A stretch of 64,000 bases of DNA from assembly GCF_009914755.1 (NCBI RefSeq), contig NC_060930.1; one strand, given 5' to 3'. Shown here piece after piece: positions 25,170 through 39,183 of this stretch. The notes under the pieces were generated by a model that was not told the DNA's origin, did no database searches, and saw nothing but the letters and a program-made list of their open reading frames with translations. How positions within the stretch are numbered: the stretch's first letter is position 1; every line of letters starts with the position of its first letter. The position numbers and the translations under genes were made by a program. The DNA comes from the human T2T-CHM13v2.0 reference genome, Homo sapiens.

Positions 25170-27207
25170 TATTTTTTAAAAGTTTATGTATTTAGACTTT
25201 GCAAAAACTGAGTGTATTTGCTATTTTTTTTTTTCTGGTTTACTTTTCATAGCCTCATAAAAACAATTGACTATTTCAGATGTTCTTATAGTTTATTATG
25301 TATTTAACAGCACTTTTCATGTGTTGTTACTAAAAATCCAAACCAATGGTTTTCATTTTTGTCACCTTGAATATCAGTGAATTGAAATCTCTAAAATAGT
25401 ACAGGGTGGCCGTGATCTGTAAACCAACTTGATGACAGTACCCCACCCTTCCCTTCAACAAATATGCTGTGAGCCCAGATAGAGAAACCTAGTACCTTTA
25501 TTAGATAAGGCCACTAATTATAGTGAGGTAGGGCGCATTCATTCACATCCTCTGGTACTTCTGAAGAAGCAGGAGTAATGATGTGTCAGAACCGATAAAA
25601 GGTGCTCAGAAACATGTTGCCTGCTTTTTGTCCATAGGGAATACACATCTGTGACTAAAGACATATTAGACTTTCTATGAAAAACTCAAGATGCAATCTT
25701 TATAAGGAAAATTTTCACTATTAGGCTATTTGTTAATAAGTAATACACCAGAGTTTAATTTATGTATTTTTTTCTGATGTAATGTTCCAACTCTTGGAAA
25801 GGTAGTTTATGAAATTTTTAAAAAAGAAGAAGCCCAAAATATTACACTAAAAGCAGAAAATCCTTTTACATATTAAATTAATTGGCTATTTGAACAATGT
25901 CCTAGTTTTCACCATATCTGCAAGCATCTCATGATATAATATACCACAAATATCAGCAAATGTTATTCTTCTATAGAGTCTTTCTTATGTTACTACTCCT
26001 GATTATATTACCCAAAAGGAGAAAACATTTATGGTATTATTTAGCTTTTTTGTTTTTTAACATTCAATAAGCATTTAGTTAGTTTCTCCTATGTCCATTT
26101 CAATAAAGAAACTAGATTTTCCTTACTGATTTTGATTTGATTTTTTTCTACCAAACTGAGACATCTTTTAAAATTTAGCACTAAAATAAGAACAATACTT
26201 AATTTGTATTACAAATAGCAAAGATTGATGCATGTAGACCACAGAAACTTGGCTACAAAGCTAGGCTTTTGGAGCTAGTAATATGAAGTCTCTCTAATGA
26301 TGTACAGGTCTTCGTGACCCGTATTTGGTTCAAACTTAGCCCTTTACAGGTGGGGGAAGGTGGGGCAAAGAGTGGGGAACAAGTCGGGTTCTATTAGCAG
26401 ATTGGGGAGTGAAGGGGGTTCTAAGTGAAGTAAGTCTACCAGCTATTGCACAAATAATGAGTTTTGAATATTGCAGGGAAAACTGTGGTTATTTGTTGCA
26501 GGAAAATAAAGTACCTGCCATTTCTGCGTTTGTTTCAGGTTAAATAAATGTTTAAATATATTTTTAAGAAAGACGTGTTCATGGAAACCAGTAATTTTAA
26601 TTCTACTTGAAATATCATGACATAATTTTCACTTTTTTCTTCTCAAACCCATGCTTCCCAGTTGATCTTAAATTGGGACCCCTTCCTCACAAGTTTTAAA
26701 CAGGTCTAATTCATGACAGTTCATATCCATATCTGAAATTTATGGCAGTGAATCTCTATGCCAGTGGTCACTATCACATGGCTCCATTCAGTTCCCAGAA
26801 GGAAAATAGTGAGTCAAACTTCTCTAACCCCCATCAGGCTTCAGGGAGAGAGAATTTTCTCATCAAAGAGATCCTTGAGAACCCTGTTTTAAAGTCAGCT
26901 CCCGTCACTTTGAACCTACAATTTTACTACAATGCGTCTGCTAATTATCTTATACAATCATACACATTTATTTTGAGAACTGTTTCCTCTGCTTCTTCTA
27001 AGTTAATTTTCTAAAACTATTTTCTATAGAACTGGAAATAATTTGGCCAGAGGGAATTGTCAAAGCCAGTCCGTAACAATAGAGGAATGAGGTTTAGATA
27101 ATTTATATTGGCCCAGGATTTACTTTTACTTATAGAAAACTTTTTAAAATTGCTTTTAAAGGCTTCTGTATTGGTCTTTTTGTTTGTTTCTCTGTTTCAC
27201 TTTTGCT

Positions 27208-27520
27208 TTTTAATTTTTTATTTATTTATGTATTTTTTGAGATGGAGTCTCCCTCTGTCACCCAAGCTAGAGTGCAGTGGCATGATCTCAGCTCACTGCA
27301 ACCTCCAGGGTTCAAGTGATGCCGGTGCCTCAGTCTCCCTTGTAGCTGGGATTACAGATGTGTGTCACCATGCTCAGCTAATGTAAATGTATGTATTTTT
27401 AGTAGAGATGGAATTTTGCCATGTTCCTCAGGCAGGTCTGAGACTCCTGAGGCTCAAGCAATCCACCCACCTTGGACTCCAAAAGTGCTGGGATTACACA
27501 TGTGAGCACTGTGCCCAGCC
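27208..27520 (-). mobile_element. Alu (J/S)
   Basis: Antisense dimer; TSD-like cttttgcttt on both sides. Confidence 0.9.
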
Positions 27521-27770
27521 TGCTTTTGCTTTATTAAAGACAAAAATATAAAGTTACTTTCTGAGGGATTAAGTAATACACTAGGCGTATTTAAGACATT
27601 TAGTTACTTCACTTGGTTAGTCACTCTGCAGCCACTAAAAGTACAAATCCAATGTGTAATAAGACTTTAATAAGAAGAAATAATTAATGAAAAATTAAAA
27701 TTAATTTATAGCATTTAGACCAACTATAGTTGAGGCATGTCTTAATAAAGCTTCTTTTAAAAAGGGAGGG

Positions 27771-28096
27771 AGACCAGGTATAATGGCTCATGCCTGTAAT
27801 CCCAATGCTATGATAATCCCAGCACTGTGGGAGGCCGAGGCAGAAGGATCACTTAGCCCAAGAGTCTGAGACTAGCCTGGGCAACAGAGTGAGACTGTCT
27901 CTACAAAACAATAAAAAGATTAGCTGTGCATGGTGGCATGCACCTGCAGTTCCAGCTACATGGGAGGCTGACGCACAAGGATCAGTTGAGCCTGGGAGGT
28001 CAAGGCTGCAGTGAGCTGTATTTGAGCTACTGAACTCCAGCCTGGGCAATATAATGAGATCCTGCCTCAAAAAATTAAAATAAAATAAAAAGTAAA
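27771..28096 (+). mobile_element. AluJ
   Basis: Sense dimer with small internal duplication (taatccca twice); TSD-like taaaaagggag. Confidence 0.9.
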
Positions 28097-30869
28097 TAAA
28101 AAGGGAGAAGGTGTTATTATCAAGGCCAAAAGTAAAAATTATAGTGAGATTGATGTTCAAAGTTAATAACACCTGTAGTTTTAACATGTTCTGATGTAGG
28201 CTTTACTGTCAAGTAGTTAAAAAAAAAAGACTCAATCTCCATTTATAGGACAGTCAGTGGCCTGTGGCAATCTGTAAGGATGAGAGAGAGAAAAGAGCAG
28301 GATTAACATCTCACTCTCCCGTGGGACTGAACCATGGGACCTGCAAATCCCAAGACAGGGGGAGACTCATACAAGGTCACTTGGGATTAGGCATGCAAAC
28401 TAATGGCCTTACTAATTGTTCCAAGGGGTCCTGTGATTGGGCGTGAAGCCAGCACACTTCAGCCAACAAAGCATTTCAATTAGGTACAGTCGCAATGCCA
28501 AGTTCCTTAGCAAGAGCATGTGAAAAGGCTCCTTTTGACTTTTGATCAAATCCATTTAAAATCTTTGCCATGGGACCCTGAAAATCACCCTTATAAAATA
28601 TGCCTGGAATGTCTCATACCTGGGAACTAATATTATATGTTATTCTTACTATAGAGCTTACGACCAATGAATTGGTTCATAATGCTCTCAAGTAAATGGA
28701 TTTCAAAACAAAACACTGCTGTAGATCAGGCTGGAGACAGGAAATCCACCCACATTTGCCAGCAATGTTAGACTATCTGCTTTTGAAGGCAGAGTCCTTG
28801 TCTTATACCTCTGTGCAGGTGCAGAGCCCAACATATGGTAGACATTTCTTGAATTGTTTTTCTGATTGTATTGATAAGATAAACAGTGGATTCCTTGAGC
28901 TTGTAAAATATGCCTCAAACAAATAGGTGGTTTACGGTTTGGAAGACTCTTTTCTACTCTATTTTCTTGGCTACCCATGGTGAGACTTGAAATATTTGTG
29001 CTTTTAGGATAGCAGAAGAGATTTTTTCCTACCCTGGGAAATCCAGCCCAGTGGCAGTGTGCCGGCTTCGTGGTGGTTGTCTAATCCCTCCTGCTTTGGA
29101 ACACTCATTTGTGCGAGATGTGAAGTCTCCTGCCTTGGATCTGATCATAGAACTATGGAGAAGGGCTTTCACTTCAGTACACTTTATTTTCTTTTCAAGT
29201 GTAAGAAAAACAAGGTTGGACCCACACGTAGTCCTGGATACTTTGTTTTCAGCTCTTATTTGTCTTTTCTATTGCATTTTTGGTGACAATAGTGATTCAC
29301 AACCAAAAGAAGCATTCAGATTTATTCTCTTCAAGAGGGATACTCCCATAATTTCAACTCTGCTGAGGTAGATACAATAAGGGAAGTTAAAGAACCCCAA
29401 AGCAAAAGAGTTAGGACAGACTGCGCAATTTCTGTGGCCTGTGCACACAATCATCTGCCTGTTCTGCCAAGCTCCCCTATGTGGAATCAAACAAGTCTTC
29501 AGAGAAAGGAATTCAATTTGTTGTTTTTCTGGTGAGGAATGCAGGAATTTAGGAGACATTGAACACTTACATCTTAACCATGAAAGTTTGGAGAATGTAA
29601 CCTGGAAAAATATACTTTTATAAATTTAAACAATATTTGCAAATTCAAATTCCTATATAGACCAACAAGGTAAGAAACAAATTTGTGAAGTGGGGCAGGT
29701 ATTAGATGAAAGAAGTGTTAGGGCTGTGGCAGAGTGGTACATTTATGCCTGTTCCAAAGTTATTCAAATTATTGAACGTACGCACACACCTTGGGCCAAA
29801 CATTTCAGTGGCTATATATAGTTTTTTGGCCATTACTTTAACCCATAGATCCTATCTGGAATTTTGTTTAGGTTGTCCATGTTAGGAAAGTTTTTCCACG
29901 TGGGACTTAAGCCTAGATCCGCTTACTGTCATGTGACATTTAAAGAGAGGTATGATTTCAAAAGAACTAAAGATTGAGCTATGTGGAAGCAGGGCCTTCT
30001 TAGCCCTTCCTAATTCACCCAAAGCTCGATCTGCTACTACAATGACCCAGTGAGGACTGTGTCTGGACCCTCATTCAGTATTCCTCTCCTTGAGCTCCCC
30101 CTAGAGGTCAGAGTCCTCCATTAACAGGCCCCCTGCTGTTACTCAGTATCTTCTGAAAGGTGAGATAAATACGCTGGAATAGGAGTGGTACTGGTGTTGC
30201 TGATGCTAAGAAAAGAACAATCAAAGGAGAACTAAGAACAATATTTATATATATTTATTCCTCACGTCTTGTTCAATAAATATTGAGGGCATACTACATG
30301 CGTGAAATTATGATAGGTGTTCTGGAAAATGCAAAAATCACCAATACAATACCTCGCTCTTTGGGGAAACTAAAAGCCCGCATAAAGCAACCATTCTTTC
30401 TTCCATCTTAACCATTCATTCTGACGTCTTACAATTATCTTTCACTAATTTTTCTACTATGTACTTCTTAAGTAATGACGTTCTTAAGAATTCTTTTCGA
30501 ACTTTCTTTCCTCATTTTACAGACCTTTATTTAGGTACACCTGTTCTTTCTTCTGGTTTCAGTTACCACCTATTTTCTGAAGATTTTCACCTTTATAGCT
30601 CTATATCTCTAGACTGCACCCTTCCTGAGTGACAGACTTAAGCTCACAATTTTCTGCTGGAATTCTCCTTTAGAATATTTCAAAGTCAATTCGAATCCAA
30701 CATATCCCAGTGAAAATTCAAGGCCATAAGTATTTGGTGCCATATGTGCAATACTAGCAATAAGTGCTATGAATCTAGATCACTTTGAGCTGAGATGCCT
30801 GGGAAAGTCTTATGGCAGAGGTAGACATGGGCAAGACTTCAACAAGGGATTGTTATTGGGCAACACTGA

Positions 30870-31261
<392 letters not shown>

Positions 31262-33419
31262 TGACCTCTATTACAATCCATATATATATATATATTTTTT
31301 TTTTTTTTAAAGCGGAAACTTCCCTCTTGGCAATCTTTTTCATTCTGTCTGTTTTATTTTTCCTCTTCTAATTGAGGAGATTGGAGATTGAAGACCAGAT
31401 AAGCAGAAGTCCCAGCCATATTCAGCTCACCTCAAAAGTATACATATTTTCCAAACATTTGTAGATTCCTTGATGCCTGGAAACCGAAAAGGACAATCCT
31501 GAATCCCAGTTGAGAGGCAGCTTTTGAATGCCAGGCATTTTCTTTATTCACTCTCCCTCCACTTAAGAGTGTGGCTCTGGCTCTGCCTTTGTTTCAGCCA
31601 GTAGCTGAATGCAGCCTCTCAGGCTCACAGCACTGCCCTGTAGTCCTCTGAAAGGATTGCTGTTCTTTCTCTTCCCTCCCTAGCAGTGTGGCACTTCCAG
31701 CTTAAGCAACTCTCAGCCCAACTGAACTCTTTTATAATCCCACCAGGCAAGCTCTTTTGATACTTATTTCAAAATAAAATAGATGTTTTCTTCTTTATAT
31801 CTTATGCAATGTTGTTTAGAAGGAACACGGAGAGGATTTTCTGTTCCCTGAGTAATCACAGTAGTTGCTTTTCTTCCTAGAATTGTAGATAATTAAGAAC
31901 ATGATTTTTTTTTTTTTTTTTTTTTTTTTTAGTGTACGACTAGGTACACCATGAAAATCTTAGCTGTGTTGTACTTTTTCATGAGAAAAAAAGTATCCTT
32001 TTTACTGTGATAGCCTCGGGGTAAAATAAGTCATACTATCACAGCTTACAAAAAAGGCAATATAGTTGTGAAAATTCACTAGAAAACAAGAGGCTCTATT
32101 AAAGAGTTCTAATATCTTGTGGTTTTTCCTTCCACAATGACAGTTATTAAAATTTTTTAAATTTTATTTATTTTTTTGTAGCCTCTTTATAGAAAACTGT
32201 CCATTTCATTTATCAACCAGAGTTATGAAAGAGATCTTTTATAATTGCATCTACTGAAGTTAATTAGGCATATTATATATCATGGCTTGTTTACCATAAT
32301 ACTGGCTTTATTCTTGATTGAAGTGTTATTTGGTGAGTCTGTTTAATGAAGGGTTATGTGTTTTCTTTTGTAATTCTAAAAGTCACAAAAAATTTAGCCC
32401 AGATGAATAAATGAAGTTAAGAAGCATTTGAAGAAAGAAAGGAAGTCTCCCAATTTTTGCTAGTTTATTAAGCTAGTGCTTGCATTGGAAAGTAGTGAAA
32501 AATCTGTTTTGTTTTTAAAGGCAAAACTAGGCAAAATCGCACTTGGCTTAGGTTTTGATGGGATAGTCATTTGGCTTTTAAAAATGCATCCTACAGATAC
32601 AAGAGCATGCACAGACTAGGAACCGGCATGACTTGTTTCAAAGTTAAGGACACAAATATGGTTATAATATAGTCATCTCCACCCTACCTCCACCAATCAA
32701 TCATTTACTCCCCTGTACCTCTTTTTAGAAAACAAAACAAAACAAAATAAAATGATATCTTTCTTTAAGACCCAACTTCGCTTTCCCTGCTAGGCAAAAA
32801 AAAGAAGAAGAAGAAAAAAAACAAAAACAAAAAAAACAAAAAAAAAGAAGAAGAAGAAAAATCCAAGAACCCTAGGAAGGGTGACACTTGTCCTGATTCC
32901 AACACTAAACAGAAAGGAAACTATCTGCCCAATTAGACTCCTTCTGCCATTGCTGTTCCCTGGCACACAATGTTGATGTTAAGACCTGAGCCTGCAGATT
33001 GATGGACAGTGGGTGTGTGCCATCGCTGAGGTATTCTCGCTGTTATATATACATGCCAGGCCATAGGGGTGTCCTGTATTATGTGCCAAGGTGATAGCTC
33101 TTTTTAGTTCATACCACCATGCTCCGCTACTGTTGCTGAAAGCACATAAAATGGGAGGAAAGAGTATTTCAGAGGTGTAAAATAGCATGTGTTACACTTC
33201 GAGACAGAAGAGGTATGGTCATGTCTAGACAGAGAAATACACTGGAAAACATCACTTTCTAACAGTGGATAACTTTGGACTATAGGAACAAAGATGACTT
33301 TGTTTCAACTTTCTTAGTCTTCTGCAAGAAAACCACATTACCTTATTATTTAAAAATGTTTTAGTACCCAAAGGAGTAAAAAATCAGTGACAGAGGAAAA
33401 AAACAAAACCTAGAAGTGA

Positions 33420-33739
33420 TATTATTTTTATTTTTATTATTATTATTATTTTTGAGATAGGTTCTCACTGTCACCCAGGCTGGAGTGCAGTGGCCCAATC
33501 ATAGCACTGCAGCCTTGAACTCCTGTCTTCAAACAATCCTCCCACCTCAGCCTCCTGAGTAGCTGGGACTACAGGAACACACCATCATGAATAGCTAATT
33601 TTTAATTTTAATTTTTTTATGGAGAGATGGAGTCTCCCTATGTTTTCCAGGCTGGTCTTGAACTCCTGAGCTCAAGTGGTCCTCCCACCTCAGCCTTCCA
33701 AAGTTTTGCGATTATAGGCGTGAACCACTGTGTCCAGCT
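33420..33739 (-). mobile_element. AluJ
   Basis: Antisense dimer with (TTA)n tail. Confidence 0.9.
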
Positions 33740-34019
33740 AGTAATATTTTAAAAAGTGTTATGGAGCAGTACTCAAGCTGTATAAGAAGAGGAAAATGAA
33801 AAAATGAATTCATCAGATTTAAGGAAAACATTGATGTAGGAATCCAGTTCTCAAATAAAGCCTGGATCTGGGTACTGGCAGATTCTGTGGAGAAGGTTAT
33901 AGAGAAATAAGAAAGAATGTAGGGCTGAATTCAGCATGGAAGCTTTTCTCACCTGTTTTTTCTATCTCAAAGGTGCCACCCACAGAGATGCCTGAGAATT
34001 TTCCTTAGTCCTTCACTCC

Positions 34020-34155
34020 ATTCTATTTCAGGATTTAGCTTTATGTCTTTGTTTTCCTGCATCTTGAATGTGATATATCAAAGTATAAATATTTTTATGC
34101 TCATCCTGGTTGGTGTCCTCTGAACTTCTTGGATCTGTTGTTTTGTGACTTTGAG
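34020..34155 (-). mobile_element. Old L1 (L1M) ORF1-region fragment
   Basis: Minus-strand translation of this stretch gives fragments resembling the L1 ORF1p 'PRHIIIKL' region; very degenerate. Confidence 0.45.
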
Positions 34156-34280
34156 GGGAGACAACCGTCTTGCCCTGCTCAGGTGCAACAGCAGATAACA
34201 TGCAGATTATCAACTAAAGTAACTAGAATCAGTCATTAACTATGCCCCTTGTCCTTCTTCCTATCTCCTTTTGGCTTTAT

Positions 34281-34855
34281 TGCTATTAAGGCATAGTAAA
34301 ACCAACAGACCAGGAGATAACTGCCATTGAAAAGGTAGTTTATTATACTCTCAGATCCCAAGAGAAGGAGTACAGGTCATGCCACAGAGGCCGCATAGGG
34401 AAGCGCCAGGGTTGGTCCCAAAGCAGAGGGAGAGGGGAAAACTGGTGCCCACGAGCCTTCACCATAGTTTCTATGGGGAAAATGGGCAAGGCAGGGCAAT
34501 CAGGCTTAGAATGGGAGAGCTTGAAAATTCCAGCAAGTTCTGGGGTATGGGGGTTGTCCCTAGTTGTCTGGCATCTAGCCCTGGGGTGAATTTCAGCAGG
34601 TGTATAGTGGCTTGGAGTGTGAGATAAGGGAGGTGGTTGAGGGTATAGACTCTGAATTGGTTCATTTGTATTTGAATAGTGTGCCACTGGGGAGGAGAAA
34701 CCCCTTTGACAAGAGCGGGGACAAAGGAGGCAGGAGGCTAAGGCAAGATGACTCAGGCATATTATCAGGTTGTCCAGAATTTGATGTATCTGGCATATGC
34801 ATGTAGGATAGATAAAGCATCAAGCTTACAGAAGCAGGCGACATGGTTAATATAC
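34281..34855 (-). mobile_element. ERVL LTR, MER74/MER73/MER54-like
   Basis: 'actgccattgaaaaggtagtttattatactctcagatcccaagag', 'ggggttgtccctagttgtctgg'. Confidence 0.55.
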
Positions 34856-36229
34856 CCTTCTCCCTCTCATCCTCTTTCTCTCTCCCTCTGGCTTTCATAC
34901 CCCTGTGAAGAGGCTTATGACAAAGGTCCAGTGTACTTTGCTAATGCGTGGTGGGTGGAGAGCAGTGGGAGAGTTGAAAATGGGATGGGGGCAACAGGAT
35001 GAATCTCCACTCTTGGGTGCCTCACAGCATCCCCAGTTACCTAAAGAACTTCACTTTACTGAAGAAGTCTTTTGTGTGTAAAATCATAGCTAAGGAAGAT
35101 GTATCATTAAACTAGTGATAGCTGTGTTATCAAAAATTACCCTAATAATAATGAATAATTTTAAAATTATTAAAATGCCTTTATGAATAATTTTTACTCC
35201 AAATTTGAATACTTATTAAGCTATGTATGTGTATATATATGGTTTAGAAAATACATATTTAGAAAATATAAACTATATATTTTACAATCTTGATTTGTAT
35301 ATTAAAAATATAAACCCTATATTGTATGTTTTATATTACAAATATATTTATATATGAGATATTACAAATGTTATAAGAATATAAGTGACAATGCATTTAT
35401 TACACATGGCATTGACCATTCTTACCAACCTCGAACTTTCTAAATCACGAGTCTCCTTCAAAACCTATTTAAAGTTCCACATCCTTGGGGAACTTGGGAG
35501 TAAGCCTTGCTCCCTAACAGGCTAATCCTGCCCATGGTATTGCAGCACTGATTACACTTGCTAATCTACCCCAGGTTATGGCCAGTCCTGGCCACTGGAC
35601 TGCCACAGTGTTCTCCAAATAAAGGCTTTTTCCTGAATATTTCTGATAAGAATACTCCTAAACCTGAGTTTTTATCTTGAGTGTCATTATCTCTGTCCTC
35701 CAACTCCCCATGTCCTCACATTCTGTATGCTCAATTCAAGATACTAGAATTCTATCTTGACCTATGTTTTGAGTTTTTGCAATGTTATCCTGCCTTGCTG
35801 CTTAGACCTGCTGAAGGGTTTCTGCCAGTACAGAAGCCCAGTCTTTGTACATTATAGATTTCCTAGATGGTGATGACAAGCCTGTCTCTACTGCCAAGTA
35901 TCTCCTTCTACTGTTATTGATGTGTCCTGCCACCCCAAAGCTGCAATTTACTAACAGATGAGTCTATTTCTAAATCCCGGACATTATCTTAAATTAAACC
36001 TTACCTTGAGTAACTAGCCATGCCTAGATGATGAGTTATAAAATAATATACTAAGCATTCCAGCTAGTTTTGCTCTCTTCTCACACACTTTATATCAAAC
36101 ACATTAACTTGTTTTGCAGCCAACTGGATTCGGGGAATCACTTCTCCTGTTACATTCGGAGGAGCCGTACTTCCTCCTGTCTACAATTCATCCTTCCACT
36201 TGAGCTTTGAATTCTCCCTGCTCCCTGCT

Positions 36230-36400
36230 TCTGAGATCTCTCACATGTGATTATTTGATAAATGTCTACCTCCCACAGTAGGCTGTAATTTGTAGATCAG
36301 TGATCTTATTCTATTTTTGATTCCTATTGCACCCCTAATGCCTGGTAGACTGCCTGGCACATAGTAAGTGCTCAATAAATATCTGTTGAATAAACAAATG
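36230..36400 (+). mobile_element. L2 3' end
   Basis: 'tgcctggcacatagtaagtgctcaataaatatctgttgaataaacaaatg'. Confidence 0.8.
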
Positions 36401-37055
36401 AAAATGCTAAGGCCCTTGAAGTATGGGACTGTATAATGTAAACTCCATCTTAGAATCTACTGTCATGTTACTCAGACTCTCAAAATATATGTAAATGATG
36501 AATGAAGACACTCTTGAAGAAATATGTAATTTAATGCTATGTTAGAATTCATAGGCTTCAGAAGATTAATCTTCAATTTCAGAGAAAAGTATTCTGCATA
36601 GAAGTTTAGACCTAAATAAAAGAGGACATATCCCTAGATAAAAGTTCAGACTAGCTGTCAATGATATGGTGCATTCCTAGGCTCATTTTGATGGTCAATA
36701 TCCACATTCCTTTTTTGAAATCTGTTTAAATAATTTTCTCCTTTTCATATGGGCAAGAAAACAGAATTGGTTTGATCAAAAGACTCAATGCAGTTTCTAA
36801 CCATTGCACAAGCCAACAAAAGGCTCACTCTGTGTTCATTTTTGGGTTAGTCCACATCTCCATCATTTATTATGGAATGTAACTGGTATTTCCTGCTTTC
36901 ACAAAGAAACATAAACCCCAGTTGAAATGTCAAGAACTCAAAAGGATGGGGCTGTGTTCTCTCCATTCGTAAAACAAGGAATCCTCCCTCCGCAAAAATC
37001 CCAAATAAGACCTGAGGGCCTAACAACAGCAGTCCCAGTTCTGTTTGCTCTGTAG

Positions 37056-37183
37056 CAGTGCTGTCCAGTAGAAACTTAATGCCAGTTTCTTAAATATAAG
37101 CCACATGTGTAATTTAAAATTTTCTAGTATCCACATTTAAAAAAAGGTAAGAGAAATGTTGAAAATAGTTTTAGTAATGTATT
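37056..37183 (+). mobile_element. MER33, left part (interrupted by the HMGB3 retrocopy)
   Basis: 'cagtgctgtccagtagaaa...gccacatgtgtaatttaaaattttctagtatccacatttaaaaaa'. Confidence 0.8.
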
Positions 37184-39183
37184 ATTAAAATGTAATGCTG
37201 TTTATTTAATTTTAAAAATATTTCAGCATTCTAAACATACAAAAAAACAGAGTGTTGGAGATCATGTTTAAGTACAGAAGGTTCTTGAACTTTCATTGAT
37301 GCAGTGGCTCTTCGCTTTGTTGACAATGAAATGTTCTACACTTTCTTTAAAAACAAATGGTTTAAAAACTACCACACTTAACTGAAAAAAAAGCAAAAAC
37401 AAAAAGTAAATACTTTTCAAGCCAGCTGACCACCTTTTGTTCACAGCTAGGAATGGTAGCAGAATGCTATGTGGTTAGATACAGAAACAAGACAACCTGA
37501 AGCTAAATGGATGCCCAGTGCATAGTCAACAGGCCCAGCCTCACAGTGCACAGCCTGAGCTACGGCCACTCCCAGAGGCATCTTCTACCACAGCCTCAAC
37601 ATCAAGCAAAGAGCATCAAGAGTTTGTCTTGGTTGTTTTGTTCGTTTTACAAACTATGGATATATGCAATTGATAACTCAGGATTTCTAGCTAATAACCA
37701 TGTAGTTAACACTACCTTACAAATTAAAAAAAAAAAAATGCCAGGAGCACCTTTAAATGCCTTATCACACTAACAGCAAAGCACACAGAGTGAGGAGAGC
37801 ATGAAGTTGCCTTTTCATTTTAAAAATATTTGGAAATATGTACAACTTTGATATAGTTTCAGGGTGCTCTAGACCCACTTGACCACTTCATGTAAAGAGT
37901 TTCTAGTTTGAGAAACAACAATATGATCATAATCAAACTTTGTAATTAAAACTAATGAGGGCAACAGACACTTCTCAAATAAGAGATGTGTCAATTACAG
38001 CTCTCCCCTACTTCAAGGCAGGTGTCCCCAACCCCTGGGCCATAGATAGATACCAGTCAGTGGCCTGTTAGGAACCAGGCCACACAGCAGGAGGTGAGTG
38101 GCAAGTAAGCAAAGCTTCATCTGTATTTACAACCACTCCCCATGGCTCACATTACCATCTGAGCTCCGCCTCCTGTCAGATCAGCAGCAGCTCTCATAGG
38201 AGAGCAAACCCTGTTGTAAACTGTGCATACGAGGGATCTAGTTTACCTGCTTCTTATGAGAATCTAACTAATGCCTGATGATCTGTCACTGCCTCCCATC
38301 ACCCCCAGAAAGACTGTCTAGTTGAAGGAAAACAAGCTCTGGGCTCCCACTGATTCTACGTTATGGTGAGTCATATAATTATTTCATTATATATTACAAT
38401 GTAATAATAATAGAAATAAAGTGCACAATAAATGTACTGTGCGTGAATCATCCCAAAGACCATCTCCCAACCCATCCATGGAAAAACTGTCCCACAAAAC
38501 TGGTCCCTGGTTCCAAAAAGGTTGGAGACTGTTGCTCTAAGGTATTCACAAGGAGACAAACAGTTTTTTAAATTTTTTACTCCTCTCCCTCCTCCTTATT
38601 TTCCATCCTCCTCATTTTCTTTGTTGTCCTCTTCCACCTTTTTCCAGGCAACTTTAGTGGAACCCTTTGGGCCATCAAACTTTCCTTTAGACTTACAGTC
38701 AGCAACATCCTTCTCATACTTCTTCAGCTGTGCCACCTTAGTGATGTAAGGCTGCTTTTCACTGTCATTTAAGTTATTCCACATCTCACCCAGCTTTTTG
38801 ACATGTCTCCAATAGAGATGTCAGGGTTTGTGGATTTGATCTTGTGGCAGAATTCTGAATAGAAAAGGAAGAATCCAGATGGTGGCCTTTTGGGGGCGTT
38901 AGGGTTCTTCTTCTTGCCTCCCTTAGCTGGTTCTTAATTCTTTATCTCCCAATCATAGTGTACTTATCTGCCTTCGCCATTTCGTCAAATTTAGACTTCT
39001 CTTTCCCAGACATCGTCTTCCACCTCTCAGAGCAATTCTTGGAAAATTCTGTAAAATTAATAGGGAACTCTAGATTTTTCTTTTTATGTTCTTCTCTGCC
39101 CATCTGCACAAAGAAGGCATAGGCAGACATCTTGCCCTTTGGTTCCTTCGGGTCAACTTTATCCATCCTGAGTGTATTGTTCC
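37184..39183 (-). pseudogene. HMGB3: Processed pseudogene (retrocopy) of HMGB3, with 5'UTR stub, disrupted CDS (~38570-39166) and long 3'UTR
   Basis: ORF pieces [21 protein letters not shown]...[17 protein letters not shown] and [16 protein letters not shown]...KSKGKFDG match HMGB3, not HMGB1/2; intronless; 1-bp deletion after ADK, in-frame TAA, second frameshift before EMWNN, stop in acidic tail; AATAAA (tttatt 37201-37206) near the 3' end. The symbol is the parent gene; I cannot assign the HMGB3P number. Confidence 0.95.
38019..38534 (+). mobile_element. MER1A (hAT-Charlie MITE) inserted in the HMGB3 retrocopy 3'UTR
   Basis: Begins caggtgtccccaacccc, ends aaaaggttggagactgttg; 8-bp TSD CTTCAAGG (38011-38018) / CTCTAAGG (38535-38542). 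Confidence 0.9.

Noticed and set aside
28960-30170. Several + strand donor-like motifs (ATG|GTGAGA, AAG|GTAAGA, AAG|GTGAGA)
   Set aside because: Could not pair them with convincing acceptors or a consistent reading frame
38596-39166. Functional HMGB3 gene
   Set aside because: Intronless, frameshifts and stops, MER1A in the 3'UTR: processed pseudogene
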